In this document: piece by piece, positions 49,879 through 63,929 of the stretch
Layout of the letters: every line of letters starts with the position of its first letter
Numbering within the stretch: the stretch's first letter is position 1
Source of the DNA: Octopus sinensis
Lineage: Eukaryota
DNA length: 64,000 nucleotides
Direction of reading: 5' to 3'
Assembly: GCF_006345805.1 (NCBI RefSeq)
Contig: NC_043016.1
Location: 31,868,001 to 31,932,000, forward strand
Notes under the pieces: model-generated
Told to the model about the DNA's origin: nothing
What the model saw: only the letters and a program-made list of their open reading frames with translations
Databases searched by the model: none
Program-made: the position numbers and the translations under genes

Positions 49879-50262
49879 CAGGGCTTCTCAACCATTTCCT
49901 ATCTATGGAATCCCATAGCCATTTGATGTTTAAAAATCCCTTTATATTATTTATAATTAAATATTATTAGGACTTGTATAAAAATTATTAAAATATATGT
50001 ATTATGGGTGCATAATCAATTTATTGCACATATACCTGTCTGAAACACAATTTTTTCATGGACCCTGAAAAATTACTGTGGACCCCCAATTTACTCTGAT
50101 AGAAAAAGAAACCTAGCTGTTTCTTGCAATACATACCAATATAGACATCTAAAGGAAAATTTTTTTCAGGGGCCCTTAAAATACCATTGTGGATCCCCAA
50201 TTAACTATTTTGTTGTGTGGCCCTACAAAAAATTTAATATGGACCTTGGTTGAGAAATGCTG
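49879..50262. mobile_element. hAT-type MITE (same family as 30483 and 54775)
   Basis: cagggcttctcaacc / ggttgagaaatgctg; flanks ctttatag / gtttagag. Confidence 0.75.
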
Positions 50263-50274
50263 GTTTAGAGCCTT

Positions 50275-50490
50275 TTAACCCTTTAGCATTTAATCTGGTC
50301 ATATCTGGCTCAAATATTCAATCTGTTTTATGCTCAAACTAATCAGAACTGGTTTTTTGAACCTACCCTAAAATGCCACCATAAAAATAATCACATCATC
50401 AAAATCTCAAAGCTATGAGATAATGAAGGATTAATTCAAAAGAATGTGAATAAATAAATTTGACAGGAAAATCTAAATATTAAAGATCTA
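50275..50490. mobile_element. piggyBac-type MITE A
   Basis: TTAAccctttagcatt start; decayed right end. Confidence 0.65.
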
Positions 50491-51444
50491 ATAGTGTTTG
50501 CTAAAGCATATAGACCCTTGGGTGAGAACCCCTGCATTATAGGGACATTGGAACCGCCAGAAATACTAGCGAAATTTCTTACATCATGCAACCATGTAGA
50601 AATGATTGTGGCTAGAATATCTTTGTTTATACATCTGCCTACTAGTGTAGCTAGAGTGTGTGCCAATAGGGGTAGCCTTTCCATTTGCCGCCCCTGGACC
50701 CCACAAGAAACATTGCTTACAGCAGCCCCAAAAGTGCCACCCAGGGCAGATTGCCCCAACCTATGTTAGTGGATCTGCCAACCTTAGCTTACCATAACCC
50801 AAGTGGCATGTGTTACACTTGCTTCACTGTTGTGCATTTATTGAAATAAAAAAAAAAAAACAACCTAACAAACACCCCCACCCACCCACCTAGCTGTAAG
50901 AACAACTGCTCCAGCATTTCCAATGATATGTAAATGTGTATATTCATAAACAATACATGACTGTGAATGCAGAATGGTTTAGAATGATGATAGAGAATAA
51001 AATAAGAACTTCTTCAATATCACAAATTATCAAGTTACACATGAAAATGCATTAATTGAAGAATTAACAAATAAAAAACAAAAAACAAAAAGAAAAAAGC
51101 TAAACGACAGAATTAATTCCTAACAGCTTTTACTGAATAAGACATTTCTATTTTTACATATGTTTAAAGCCATTGACAGTTATAGCAGACCTAAGTCTCT
51201 TATCAGATATTACCCAACTTATAAATACAGATGCCTTATCTCATTAGATTATGAAGCTACCAGAGGTTTGGAAACAGCTTGCTAGTGCAATTTCAGTCAT
51301 TCAAAAACCCCTGCATACTGGATGCCAGGTTTCATAGAGGGATCACCGAGAGAGAATGTGCACCATTTTGGGGTCTTCCTCTTGACAGCTCTACAGCACA
51401 CTCAACCACTCAAATGGCCAGATCCAGCCTCTCACACCTGCTTA

Positions 51445-51787
51445 GTTGGAGGCCCAATCTTCCAAGTTCTTTTACAGGACTTAGAAAAACTGAAGGACTG
51501 CTGCAATAAGTGTTTCAATCTGAGAGGTAAATATGGAGAATAAAATCATAATTAACTACCACCCCCTGTAGTCTTTTTTATCCAAAAGCCAGAAACTTTT
51601 CAGCACAACCTCATATGTGTGTGTGTGTGTGTACAAGGGGTTATTGAAAAGTTCCTGGCTTTATCATGAAAGACCCAATTGACAGTCCAACCTTCTGAGT
51701 TCTTTTACAGGGCTTAGAAAACACTGAAAGACTGCTGCAATAAGTGTGCGAATCTGAGAGGGGAACGTGAAGAATAAAATCAATTTC
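51445..51787 (+). mobile_element. Two partial mariner-derived MITEs
   Basis: TIR tacaaggggttattgaaaagttcctggc; transposase C-terminus GLEKL..CCNKC.NLRGEY. Confidence 0.7.
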
Positions 51788-51789
51788 CT

Positions 51790-54305
51790 GCTGTTATATG
51801 GTGGACTCTAAAGAAATTAGGAGTAGAGGAGTGGTTTGTTAGATCTGTACAAGCCACGTACAGTGAAGCTGTCAATAAGGTGAGAGTCGGCCATGAATAC
51901 AGTGATGAATTTAGTGTACAGGGCTCAGTTAGTTCTCAACCCACTCTTTTTCATTATAGCCCTCCAGGCCATAACAGAGGAATTCAAAACTGGGTGCCTG
52001 TGGGAACTGCTAAATGCTGATGACCTTGCTCTTGTTGCAGAATTGGAGAAGAAATTCCAGGTATGGAAACAAAACCTGGAATCAAAGGGCCTTAAAGTTA
52101 ACCTGGTAAAGACCAAAGTTGTTGTTAGTAAGACAGATAAAACTCTTTCTATCAGGTAAATGGCCCTACTAAATATGTAGGAAAGAAGTTGAAAGAAATT
52201 CCATTCGTTGCACCCAGTGTAAACTATAGAAACATAAGAGGTGCAGTGGAATCACAAGTAGATTAACCCTTTTGTTACCAACCCGGCTGAAACCAGCTCT
52301 GGCTCTGTAGTACAAATGTCTTGTTTTCTTAAGGTTTTAATTAAAATCTTCCATCAAACCTTAGTCACAATTTATGTTCTTGACACTAGCTTAATGATAA
52401 CTAAGTTATTTTACTAAATTCTTTGTTATATTTAAAGTAATTGAAAGAAATACAGAGCATCTCAAAATAAATATGGTAATGAAAGGGTTAACAGATAAAA
52501 TAGTCTTTGTATGTGGTAGATGTGCAGGACCAATAAACACTAAGAGCACACGGGAATTAGATTCTCTCAAATGCCTAGGAGGATCTCTTGAGGTTGTAGA
52601 TAGTTTCTGTTACCTAGGTGACCAAACTAGCCATGGTGGAAGATGCTCTGAAAGTATTGTTTCTAGAATAAGAATAGGGTGGAGGAAGTTCAGAGAACTA
52701 TTTCCTCTTAGCAACAAAAGGACTCTTTCAGAGTAAAAGGTAGACTGTATGATGCTTGTGTGTGAATGGCTATACTCCATGGTAGTGAGACATGGGCTCT
52801 AAATGCAGAAGATATGTGTAGACTGGAGAGAAACAAAGGTAGTATGCTCTGTTGGATGTGCAACAATGGTGCATATGTACGGCAAAGTGCAAATGTATTG
52901 AGAGAAAAGTTGGGCATAAGAGGAATCAAATGTAGCATGCAAGAGAAAAGACTACATTGGTTTGGACATGTGATGTGTGTGAATGAAAACAGCTGCATGA
53001 AGAAGTACCGATCACTGAAAGTGGATGGTACCCATGGAAGAGGGAGACCCAGGAAGACATGGGATGAAGTGGTAAGAACTGATCTCAGGAGACTGGGCCT
53101 CACAGAGGAAATGACAATAGACAGAGATGTCTGGTAATATGAGGTTCCTGAGAAGACCCGCCCATATAAATGAAACTGAGTTTTACAAGCCAGCCACACT
53201 TAACAAGAAAACTTCTCACACACCCTACCACAGCAAACAAAACTATGTCTACATCTTTTCTCTTCCTTGCATTCCCACATCATGCACAATGCTTACCTCC
53301 CACTCCCCAATCCTGTCCTCTTGGTTTTGTCTCACTGTATCATATCATTGCTTTCCACTAGCACCCTCTGACCTGTGTGTTCCACCCACATCATGTAACA
53401 AGAAAACTTCTCAGATACCCTACTACAACAAACCAAACTATATCTCAACATCTCTTCCTCACATTTCCTCCTTCACACACTATGCCTACCTCTCACTCTA
53501 CAGTCTTGTCCTCATGGCCCTGTTTCTCTGTATCATTACTATCCAGCAGTCTATATATACCCAAGTTTTTATGACTCACTTCCCCAAACTCTAATCCTGC
53601 ACCTTTTGCAATATCCAGCCACTTATGACCTTCGAACCTCAAGGATATTATACCCTGGCATGTGCCACCATCTATATCTCTCTCTTCCTTTACTCAACTA
53701 TCTCATTTATATTTTGATCCCCATCCATTGTGAGTATGCCTGGCACTTTGCTACCATCTATATCCTGCTGTCACCCACTTTCTGTCTCTCTCCTTCTCTT
53801 GCACTTCCCTCAGGTTGAGTAACCATGTATCTCTTTGCAGCAGTGCATGTGTTTCTGGTTTCATTCTCTCTCTCTCTCTCTCTGGCCGGGTAACCTTGTA
53901 CCTCCTGTACAGCAAGATATCTGTTTCTGTGTCTCTGTCTCATCATCTGACACAAGATCACCTCCTTCAGTGCCCTCTCTCCTCACAAATGATTTTTGTC
54001 TTGCAAGTTACTTGATGACCCTGTCAGTGTAGGTGTCACTTAAAAAGCACCCAGTCCACACTGTAAAATGGTTGGCATTCGGAAGGACATCCAGCTATAA
54101 AATCCTTGCCAAAACTGACCTCGCCTGTGCTTGTGCTATGTAAAAAGCACTAAGTCCACTCTGCTGAGTGGTTGGTGTTGGGAAGGGTATCCAGCCGTAA
54201 AAATCTTGCCAAATAGTAACAGATGTCTGGTGCAAGCTTCTGCCTGACCACCTCCTGGCAAACTATTCCACCCATGCCAGCATGGAAGGCAGATGTTAAA
54301 CGATG
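51790..54305 (+). mobile_element. 5'-truncated RTE-clade LINE: decayed RT/ORF2 3' half plus long 3' UTR and tail
   Basis: LLNADDLAL (YADD-type motif), SFCYLGD, GWRKFREL, LHGSETW, RLHWFGHV, GRGRPRKTW; stops and frameshifts; tail ccatgccagcatggaaggcagatgttaaacgatg. Confidence 0.9.
52263..52491. mobile_element. Intact piggyBac-type MITE B inserted in the RTE ORF
   Basis: TTAA-ccctttTGttacc ... ggtaaTGaaaggg-TTAA; removing it restores the RTE frame agt aga tta aca gat aaa (SRLTDK). Confidence 0.9.
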
Positions 54306-54409
54306 GTAGTTGATCCTCCAGTATTCTTTTATCCAAAGCCAGGAACTTTTCAACACCCCCCCTCTGTGTGTGTATATATTATATATAGGCACACATACAC
54401 ACACATGTA

Positions 54410-54629
54410 TACAACGGGGTGCTGGAAAGTTCCCAACTTTAAGGGTATAGTGAAAGACCCAGTTGGAGGCCCAACCTTCCAAGTTCTTTTCAGGGCTTAG
54501 AAAAACTGAAGAGCCACTGCAATAAGTGTGTGAATCTGAAAGGGGAATATGTTGAATAAAATCATATTTAACTAATTCCCTTGTATTTTCTTTTACCTAA
54601 AGACAGGGACTTTTCAGCCCCACCTTGTA
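54410..54629 (+). mobile_element. Complete ~220-bp mariner-derived MITE
   Basis: TA-bounded imperfect ~30-bp TIRs; internal transposase C-terminus NKCVNLKGEYVE*. Confidence 0.8.
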
Positions 54630-54774
54630 ATTCAAAACAATGTGAATAAAAAACATTACATTTGACAGAATTATGTGAAATCTAAAGGGTTAAATGGGAA
54701 GAAAGCGGGAATTTTGTTCAAGTGTTTTCAAGGGGTTTAACAAACACTATTAGACCACTAAAATGGGTCTAAAC

Positions 54775-55304
54775 CAGTGGTTCTCAACTGGGGTCCATGT
54801 AAGATTTTTGGAGGCCCACACAAAGGAGTAAACTGGGGATCCACAATATTTTCAGGGCCTGAAAAAATTAGCTTTAGATGTGCGTATTGGTATGTATTGC
54901 AAGAAACAACCAGGTTTCTTTAACATTTTACATAGTTCAACCTACACATGTTAATGTGTAAAAAAAAAACAAAATAGGAATTTTGAAAAAAAGTTTCAAT
55001 AAAACTACGTTTTAGACATCAAATGACTACAGGGTCCCACCACAAAATAATAATCAAAGGGGTCCACAGATAAAAAAAAAAAACAATGAGTCCCTGCTTT
55101 AGATGTATGTATAGCAAGAAACAGCTAGGTTTCTTTCTCTAACATTTTACATGCTTCAACCTTCACAAGTTAATGTGTGATAAACAAAATAGGAATTTTG
55201 GAAGAAATTTCTATAAAACTAGTTTTTCAACACCGAATGGGGGTCCACCAGCATAGAATAGTAATCAAAGGGGTTTATGGATGAAAAATGGTTGAGAACC
55301 CCTG
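54775..55304. mobile_element. hAT-type MITE with 8-bp TSD
   Basis: TIR cagtggttctcaac / gttgagaacccctg; TSD gtctaaac / atctaaac; reverse complement of 30483-30998. Confidence 0.85.
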
Positions 55305-56159
55305 ATCTAAACTATTGTGTTTGTAGGTGGGTGATTAAGTGAAATGTATGACTCAAAGCTAAAATGTAAACTTCACAAAATCTTATCTCTACAAGTCTTA
55401 AACCTCACAGAAGAATTAATAAGGCAAATGGAAAATATTTCTGCTGAAAATAAAGAAATTTTTTATTAACTAATTTATATAAATATGATAAAAAGTGTGA
55501 AAGCAATTATAATATGATTGCTGTTTAGAGACTCAAAATAACATTGCTCAATATGGACATGAATTCAAGCAGTGATAACAGATATAATTTCTCTATTAAA
55601 AATAGTGTATTCCTTATTTTTTAAAAGTTTTCACAGAAATTCCTTTTAAAAGATAAGAGTGTCATATCAAATTTCATATATCTAAATGGATTCAGAAAGT
55701 CTCTATATGTTCATATACTCATGAAATAAACATGCTAATTATATATATATATATAATAAATATTAAAGCTGCTGGCTTCTTTTGATCAGGTAGAAAGTAA
55801 ACTGGACAAGAAGAGTGAACAATTGAATAACTCCTAAATACCAGTTTTACTCACAGGCTTCGTCTTGGGGATATTGAATTGAAAGGCAAAAATGACATAG
55901 GGAAAGTTTCTAAGATGGTACAGCTACTTAAATTCTAATAAAACCAGTTCAGTCTTGTACTATTTTGGGTATTCAAAACTTCAACATAAGAAATCGTTTT
56001 TTTATGTTGCAGAAGTAAGTTTTTGTTTAGAAACCAAATGATATTTGTGACACTTAGCTCATCCCTTTAGTTACTGGTTCTCACACATTTTTTTTCTCTA
56101 TGGACCCCATTGATGTCTATTTTACTCAACTAGACATCCATAGACATTCAACGAATATA

Positions 56160-56295
56160 TTCTTTTACTTGTTTCAGTAATTTGACTGTGGCCATGCTGG
56201 AGCACCGCCTTTTGTCGAATGAACCACTAAATTATGGGAATGTAAAGATACCAAGATTGGCTGTCAAGTGATGGAGTGGGAACAGACACACACAA

Positions 56296-56337
<42 letters not shown>

Positions 56338-56839
56338 CTTTCCTAATTTATATACATATATTTTGCGAAATTTGATTTAGTATTTCTAAATTGAATTTTT
56401 CCCTGTAAGTTTGGAATAATATTCCCCAATATTATTATATATATATATATGATGAGCTTTTTCAGTTTCTGTACATCAAATCCCTCACAAGGCTATAGTA
56501 GAAGATATTTGTCCAAGGTGCCAGGCAGTGGGACTGAAGCCAGAACCATGTGGTTGTGAAGCAAGCTTCTTACCACACAGCCACTCCTGCGCCTATGAGA
56601 AAAAAAAAACAAACATCCTACTGTATTTTTATTCTTTTACTTGTTTTAGACATTCAACTGTGGCCATCCTGGACCACTGCCTTAAAGGGTTTTAGTCAAA
56701 GAAATTGATCACAAGACTTATTTTGTCAGCCTAGTACTTATTCTATTGGTCACTTTTTGCCGAACCACCAAGTTATGGGGTCGTAAACACACCAGCATCG
56801 GTTGTCAAGTGATGTTGGGGGGGACAAACACATACATAT

Positions 56840-56874
<35 letters not shown>

Positions 56875-57385
56875 CAATGGGCTTCTTTCAGTTTCCGACT
56901 ACCAAATCCACTTGCCCAAGATGCCACGCAGTGGGACTGAACCCGGAATCATGTGGTTGGTAAGCAAGCCACTTACTACACAGCCACTCCTGCGCCTATG
57001 TATGTATATTTTATCTTTATCTTGTTTCAGTTGTTAGACTATGGCCCTGCAGGAGCACCACCTTGAAATTCAGTTGAATGAATTGATCCTAGTACTGTTT
57101 AACAATTTTTTTTTAAACCTGGTACTTTTTCTTTTGGTCTCTTTCACTGAACTCCTAGATTATGGGGATGTGAGCATCCAACACCAGTTGTCAAGTGGTG
57201 GTTGGGGACACAGACATAAAGACACACACATATTTTCAGTATGCTTCTTTCCGTTTCTGTTGACCAAATCCACTCACTAGGCTTTGGGCAGCTTGGGGCT
57301 ATGACAGAAGAGGTGCCATACAGTGGGACTGAACCTGGAACCATGTGGTTGGGAAGCAAACTTCTTACAACAGTCATTAGAGAGA
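56160..57385 (-). mobile_element. Stack of three antisense family C SINEs with (TA)n/(CA)n
   Basis: Heads end at about 56592, 56996 and 57370. Confidence 0.75.
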
Positions 57386-57444
57386 GAGAGTGAGTGAATT
57401 GGGTTAAAAATTTTACAGTATCCAAATTTGTTTTCTCCAGACCT

Positions 57445-57640
57445 AGATCATCATCATCATCATCACTTAATGTCCACTTTCCATAATAGCATGGGTTGGA
57501 CGATTTGACTGAGGTCTGGCGAACCAGATGGCTGCACCAAGCTCCAATCTGATATGGCTGAGTTTCTACAGTTGGATGCCTTTCCTAACGCTAACCACTT
57601 CGAGAATGTAGTGGGTGCTTTTACGTGCCACCAGCACATT
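57445..57640 (-). mobile_element. RTE-tail element
   Basis: (cat)n-cacttaatgtcc...ggatgcctttcctaacgctaacc. Confidence 0.75.
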
Positions 57641-60600
57641 GCTGGAATGAATGAAAATTGAGTTTGCTCTCATCAAGAACACATGTTTATGGATGTCTGG
57701 GGTCATAAGAATGAGTAAAGGGATTAGGACAGATGTTCATTATCATCATCATCATCATAATGTTCATCTTTCATTGCTTGCACAGGTCAGACAGAATTTG
57801 TTGAGGCAGATTTTGTATGGCTTCCCATTGCCAAACCTCACTTGTTTTCAAGTAATGTAACCATGGTCAGAAGCGGTACCATAAAATATTGGAAATGTAT
57901 GACATTTATCTACAACAGTCGTGTGATGTCAAGATAAGGGGGACACACAAACACATGCATCTTTCAGTTTCTAAAGTAGAAGAAACCCGCCCAAGATGCC
58001 ATGTAGAGGAACTACACCTGAAACCATGTGGTTGGGAAGCAAGCTTTATACTTATACAACCATGTCTGCACTATTTACTTAACCCCACCATAAAAAAAAA
58101 ACAAACTCAATAAGACTAATTTTCCAAAATGGGAAGATACCAATAATTTTCTTTAGATATTAGTATTTTTCTGAAAGAAAATAATAGGGAGCAGGAACTC
58201 TGTATCTCAATTAATGGTGGTGCTAAGTACCAGCAGTACAAATGTCTAAAGAGGTGAACATTCTGAACCATTAAGGCTTAAAAGTAGATAGAGTGGACTG
58301 GCCTTGTAACCTACATGAATTTATTATTAATGAAAACAGTGGATCTTGTGATAATATGTTCTTTAATTGTACAACTTAAAAAAAAGTTCCCTCCGAGCTG
58401 GCATGGAAATTATCTCACATTTTATGAAATAGGCCTTTTTTTAAAATTTTAAATAGATTAAGGAGAAGGGGAAGAGAAGTGCCCATGAATTTTTTTCCAG
58501 GTCTTATAAGAAGGGAGTGGTGTGGGAAAAGTTACCCCGAGACCAAAGATTGGAGCCTGAATGCATGTAGCAATGGGTGGCAAGTTGATATTAGAAAAAA
58601 TAGTGAGAAATAAACTAATAAAGACAGAAAGAAAAGCTGAAGCAACAAAGCTTGGGACACAAGCTGAATGAAAGCATGTGAGCTACAGAATATTAGAAGT
58701 TTTTGGTTAATGAATGTAAGACCAATTATGAGTGAAAGCTACATGTGGAGTAAAAACCGACTGTGGCAAGCTATAGCCGATAAAACATACCAGAATCAGA
58801 TATGTAGTTGGCTAATGACTTAGAATAGGTTAGGTTGAACCCTAAAAACAAACAGCTATGTATGAAGTTTAGTCATCATCGTAGCTTTTGCAGCCACTTT
58901 TCTATGATGATAATTAAAAATAACATTAGCTATTCAAGAATTACAGATATAAATAAGACGAGAAAAGGCCATATGGCAATCATACCTAATTTGAGCTTCT
59001 CAAAAAATGCGTTGAAGCTTATGTCTCACACAAAAACTGCTGTTTCTTGCATGACAGAACAATTCATTAAGAAACTATTTTTAGAAGTGTAAAAACACAT
59101 TATGTGCTAATGCTCTCAATATAATGTACATAATACAATAGAGTTGCAAAAAAATAACGTTTATTATTGTTGTAAGCATATTAAAAGTAGAGGCAGCCAA
59201 CTTGCATATTAAAAATCAAAATTTAAAGATAATAACCAAATGCCTGCAACTCTAAAGGACTCTCTTAGCTTCAATTCTCTTCAGGATAACGAGAAGCTTG
59301 AAACATTTTCATTATTCTTAAAAGAAAAGTTTATGAGAGGAGCTTAAACTTCATGTGAAAGTAGATATTTCATGCTGATCACAACACATGGATCTACCTA
59401 AAATGTAGAGATCACCTCTAATCTTACTATTAACTTTCTGGAGTGTCTTAGTAAATGAATATATAAAACACTTGTTTCAATGACACATTGCAAATATCAA
59501 AATTTTTATTAAACATTGCAGATAAGAGTTAAACCATTGAAATCACAGCTGTCTTAAAAAAAAGCAAATAAAACAAGACATTGAAATCATTGGTGTCCTT
59601 TGCCTGGATACAAGTGCTATATATTTTGAGAGGACAGATGGAAATGGTACTTCGTAATGTTTTGTCTTTCAAATTCATTGATACACTCCACTAAGAATGA
59701 TAGGACTTCGATTATGATCGAATCTAGGCTGCGTAAACGAAACAATTTTACATCTCTAACTTTATAAATGTAAGTTGAGAGTAATTTAGAAACTGACGAG
59801 TATTTTTTCTTTTTCCAAAGGAAAACATTACATCGTTTTACGGAGGAGACTGGGCACGTAGGTGACAAAAATAAAATCTTTAAATTGATCAGTGAATAGC
59901 AATAGCATTTAAATATTAGAAAACAACGGATCAAGAGGCGAAATGAAAAAAATATTTCTAACATTGGTCTAAGACCTCACAGTTTGTGGGAGGAAATAGT
60001 AGGTAACCGAAGTGTAACCCAGCAAGATCTCAGCTAAAGAAAGTACTCAAGGCATTTTGAGTACTTTGAGTGGTATTTTACACCATTCTATCAATTCTCC
60101 GCCCTTGATAATGGTATCTGGATCTAAGAACTGAAGTTCAATCAGTTTTTAAAAAGTTATAAAATTATATTACCGATACTTAACCGGTATCGGTGGCGTT
60201 GAAAGAAATAGGCAATCGTCATTTTCGATAGCAACCCTTTTCTATGTAACTTTACTCTGAAATTTTCATAACAAATCTCCACGGCTAGGTGATCACAAGT
60301 AATATGCAGAAATTATAATGTTGAGAGGTGATCTATCTCCCGAGGAGACGGACTTCCATTTAACGAATTTTTGTCTTAGTCAATTCAGATTGGAATTTTC
60401 GTCAACTAAAGCGTCCTACATGAGATTATAAATTGAAACCATATGCATTTCGCAAAACTTATTGAATAAATTTGAAATTCAAAAAACAAAAATGTAGGCA
60501 TAAATATAAAGAAATTACAGGAATAAAAATGTGTAGCATATAAAATAATATCTTTTATATAAAACAAATATGTATTAGAACAAATAAAGACTGAACGAAG

Positions 60601-62895
60601 TGAAATATTTGTTGTAATAGCATAATTATTATTCGATATAAGGTGTAAAAGAAATGGACTATATCATACAGTTTAAAGAAGAAGAAGAAAAAAAAGACAC
60701 CAGTGCATATGTATAATCTGAAATCAAAGAAAAGTTACAGACTGCGAACTAGAAATAATGATTACAAAGTTTTTTGCGAGAACTAAGATAAAGGTAGGAA
60801 TTATTGCGCATCTATCAAGCTGAACATTATCACTGTACGAGGGGGGAGCAAAGAGGTAAGTTGAAAAAGAGTTTACCTATTAAATATTATGAAGATCGTG
60901 TGTTACCAACTTACTCGAAGTGGAAAAAAAAAGGTGGGGTGATAAAACAATACTCTCAAATTATTTATAAGTAATTATTTGATGAAACAAAATAGTATGT
61001 TAAATAGATAAATACCTGATTTACATATTAGCTTTTAAGCATTAAAGAGTTAAGCTATCAGCGAAAGAATAGCAAATAATTTCCCCACCTCTTCAATTTA
61101 CACCCGTGTTGTTTCGACTGGAACTTCTCTAAACCAGGGTGAAAAATGTGTCGAGACTGTGGTATGGGGATGCTGGGATTGATACGAGAACTTTTCCAAT
61201 TAAAAAACAAACAAAAAAAGAAACCGTTTATGACACCCGACTTAATCGCTGTTCAAATGGAAGAAAACAAAAAAAGCAGGAAAAAAAAATCTAATTCTAC
61301 AGCAAAATCTCAAAAGTGACAGGATCATATTGGCATTATAGAATTTAATTTCAAAATCTAAACTTAGTAAACTATATAAACCAACGTGTATTTGTATTTA
61401 TGAGCGAGTTGCGTGTGTGGACGATGGAAATAAGTTACCGTACTACCAAGCGACTCACTTGCCCTACAAACGACCAGAATTAGGGGAAAGGGGACTGTTT
61501 AAGATAAGAACACCCAAATAATCGGAACAACAGATTATTTCCGAAGTTATTTCAGAAAGTATATTTAGTTCAAAACTAAAAGAAACGGGTAAGAGAAATA
61601 GAAAGAAAGAAAGAAACTTTGGGTATTTTAAAAGAAGTTGGTTTTCAAGAATTTTATTTTCATCATTGCTGAGACATTTCAAAGAAAGTGATAATTTCAA
61701 GAAAATACGAGTAAACAATTATTTTTTTTTCAGCAAAGAGAATAATATGTAGGTGCGGTACTTATAAAACAGAATGGTTCGAAATTATGAACGACTGCAG
61801 CAATGATGAGGGAATAAGCATCCATGCGGTCGACTGACCTGGTAGAAATAGCAGCCAAATCTCCTTCAAATCGTATTTCAACCCCACCTTTTATTTTTTG
61901 GCAAACGATACATTGAATGTAATTTTAGAAATGCAAAAATACAGAATGATCATTACTATATCGAAAAACTTTAATGTACATTCTTTCGATCGGGGCTGGT
62001 TTGGATTAAAAACCAAAAGATGACAAGAACCGTCATCCATATCAGCCAACCAGAAGTTACATCTTAAAAGTACCTGTAGATATAATAATTACTTTTAAAC
62101 AAATTTAGAAATAGCATTTAAAAGCAAACAACAAAACAGGGTTTATACAAATATTTTCATATCAAAAAAGAATCAAAATTATTGAATCAATGAGTTGTCA
62201 ATTTTTGTATACCAATAAGTAAATAGCGGCAATTGCTAGCATAAATGGGAAAGGTAAGGGCGATCCCCTCGAAAACTATTAAATAAGCAAATTCAACTTA
62301 CATGCAAAATAAAATAAGGATATATATATATATAATCCTTTTATTTTGTATATAGTTCAATTTGCTTATTTAGTGACTTTCGAGGATCCGCATGAATATA
62401 TCAAAGACATGAAACAGAGTAAAACAAAAATTGTTAAATGATTTTTCCAAGAGTTAAAGAAAAAAAACTTACATACTAGAATACGGTGTTCTTTGAATCG
62501 AAGAAAAACCGCAAAACTTTTAGGCGTGTGTGTGTGTGTGCGTGTTTTTTTTTTTGGGGGGGGGTCATTCTAATGGTATGTGCTTCTTTTAAACGGGGGA
62601 TAAAAAGTCTTCATATAAGAGAAGAATAAAATTTATTCGACGAACAGAACCGGGGGGAAACTCTGAGTGGAGTGACTTGTGATAATTTCAGTTCTGAATA
62701 AAATAATAAAAACAGTTCTTATGTATTTATTGCAAGTTGACAGATAAAAAAACAGGTCCTCGCACGAAGGATGGATGGAGGGAGAGAGAGAGAGGTGAAG
62801 GAAAGATAAATAGTAAAAGATCTGTTAGAATTCATGAAGAAAAAAAAAGTTAATAATTAATTTTAAAAGTACCAATTAGAAGATCCGATTCTTAC

Positions 62896-63050
62896 CGTGG
62901 AAGTTGTTCAAGAATCATAAAAAAAAAGCATCAGAGCCGTTGTCGTTGCTGCCCACAACAACAACAGACCATTTCAGAAAAAAAGCATCGAGCATCGAAA
63001 TGTGTGCCTCTGTTCCTCTGACGTCGACGCAATGTGCTCTCTCTGCCTGA
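62896..63050 (-). other. Probable first, non-coding exon of the minus-strand PDZ gene
   Basis: CG|GTAAGA donor at 62895-62890 next to a CpG-richer promoter-like region; the 5' limit is a guess. Confidence 0.55.
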
Positions 63051-63420
63051 CGCCACTTAACTACCGCCCCGCCTCCATAAAATTTCAACACTAACACGCC
63101 CACAATGCATTGCGGTCTCTCCCCTTCCTCCTACTCCTTCCCTGTTTGCTTGTACTGCACTGCACTCACTCTCCTCTCACTGTCCCTCTTTTTTCACCCC
63201 CCTCGCGTTCTCTGTATGTGTCGTTTGCGCTCACTCTCAATTCACTCGCTCACTTACTCGCTCTCGCCGTCTCATTCTCTCCGTTTTCTCCCTTTACTCT
63301 CTTTCTCTTTCTCTCTCTCTTACCACCACCTCCACTAGACGCCATAATAACCAAACACCGAGTTATGGAGAAACACCACTGAAGAAAGGTTGACCTAATG
63401 TCGGGTTGTTTTTTTTTGCC
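63000..63420. promoter_or_regulatory. Probable bidirectional promoter
   Basis: TE-free and CpG-enriched; CRE-like TGACGTC at 63019-63025; GC box CCGCCCC at 63064-63070; long CT tract; outward-facing donors on both strands. Confidence 0.55.
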
Positions 63421-63896
63421 TGCCAGTGTTTCTTTCGTCGTTAAAAAAAAAACTAAGAAAAAAAAGAACACACCACGCCGTGTTTCAGTGTCTTAATGGG
63501 TATCAGTCTGTTTTAAAATGCCGGAAAGCCGTCGATGCAGTTGAAAATTATTCGACTTCGTCGTCTGAGTTTGTCCTAAAAAAGAAAAAAAAAAAGAAAC
63601 ACACACACACACACACACACCAAGAAAAAGGCCAAAACCCCCTGAAGAAGAAAACACCACCAACAACAACAACAAAAGGCCAAACAACACAAAAACAAAA
63701 CAGAAAGAAAGAGAGAGAGAGAGAGAGAAAGAAAGAAAGAAATAGAGAGAGAGAGAGTGAGAGAGAGAAAGCTCTAAAGAAAAAAGAAAAAGAAAGAAAA
63801 CAAGAAGCTTATAATACCGAGTCTCTTCCCCCCCCCCAGATTTTTTGTTTAAGTCTTTATAAAACTACGTAGGAGCAAAGACAAGTAAAGCAGGAT

Positions 63897-63929
63897 ATGG
63901 GGACCAAAGGCCCTATTCCTCGCGATAAG
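63897..63929 (+). CDS. Probable first coding exon of an unidentified plus-strand gene (MGTKGPIPRDK)
   Basis: gatATGG context, in-frame TAG upstream at 63870-63872, AAG|GTGAGC donor in phase 0. Confidence 0.55.

Noticed and set aside
50436-50759. 107-aa minus-strand ORF
   Set aside because: It runs into a MITE, has no recognisable motif, and is possibly an old TE remnant that I cannot assign
59820-59860. Plus-strand exon-like segment (…ttccaaAG|…TAG|GTGACA)
   Set aside because: Splice-like motifs alone are common in AT-rich DNA and there is no supporting partner exon
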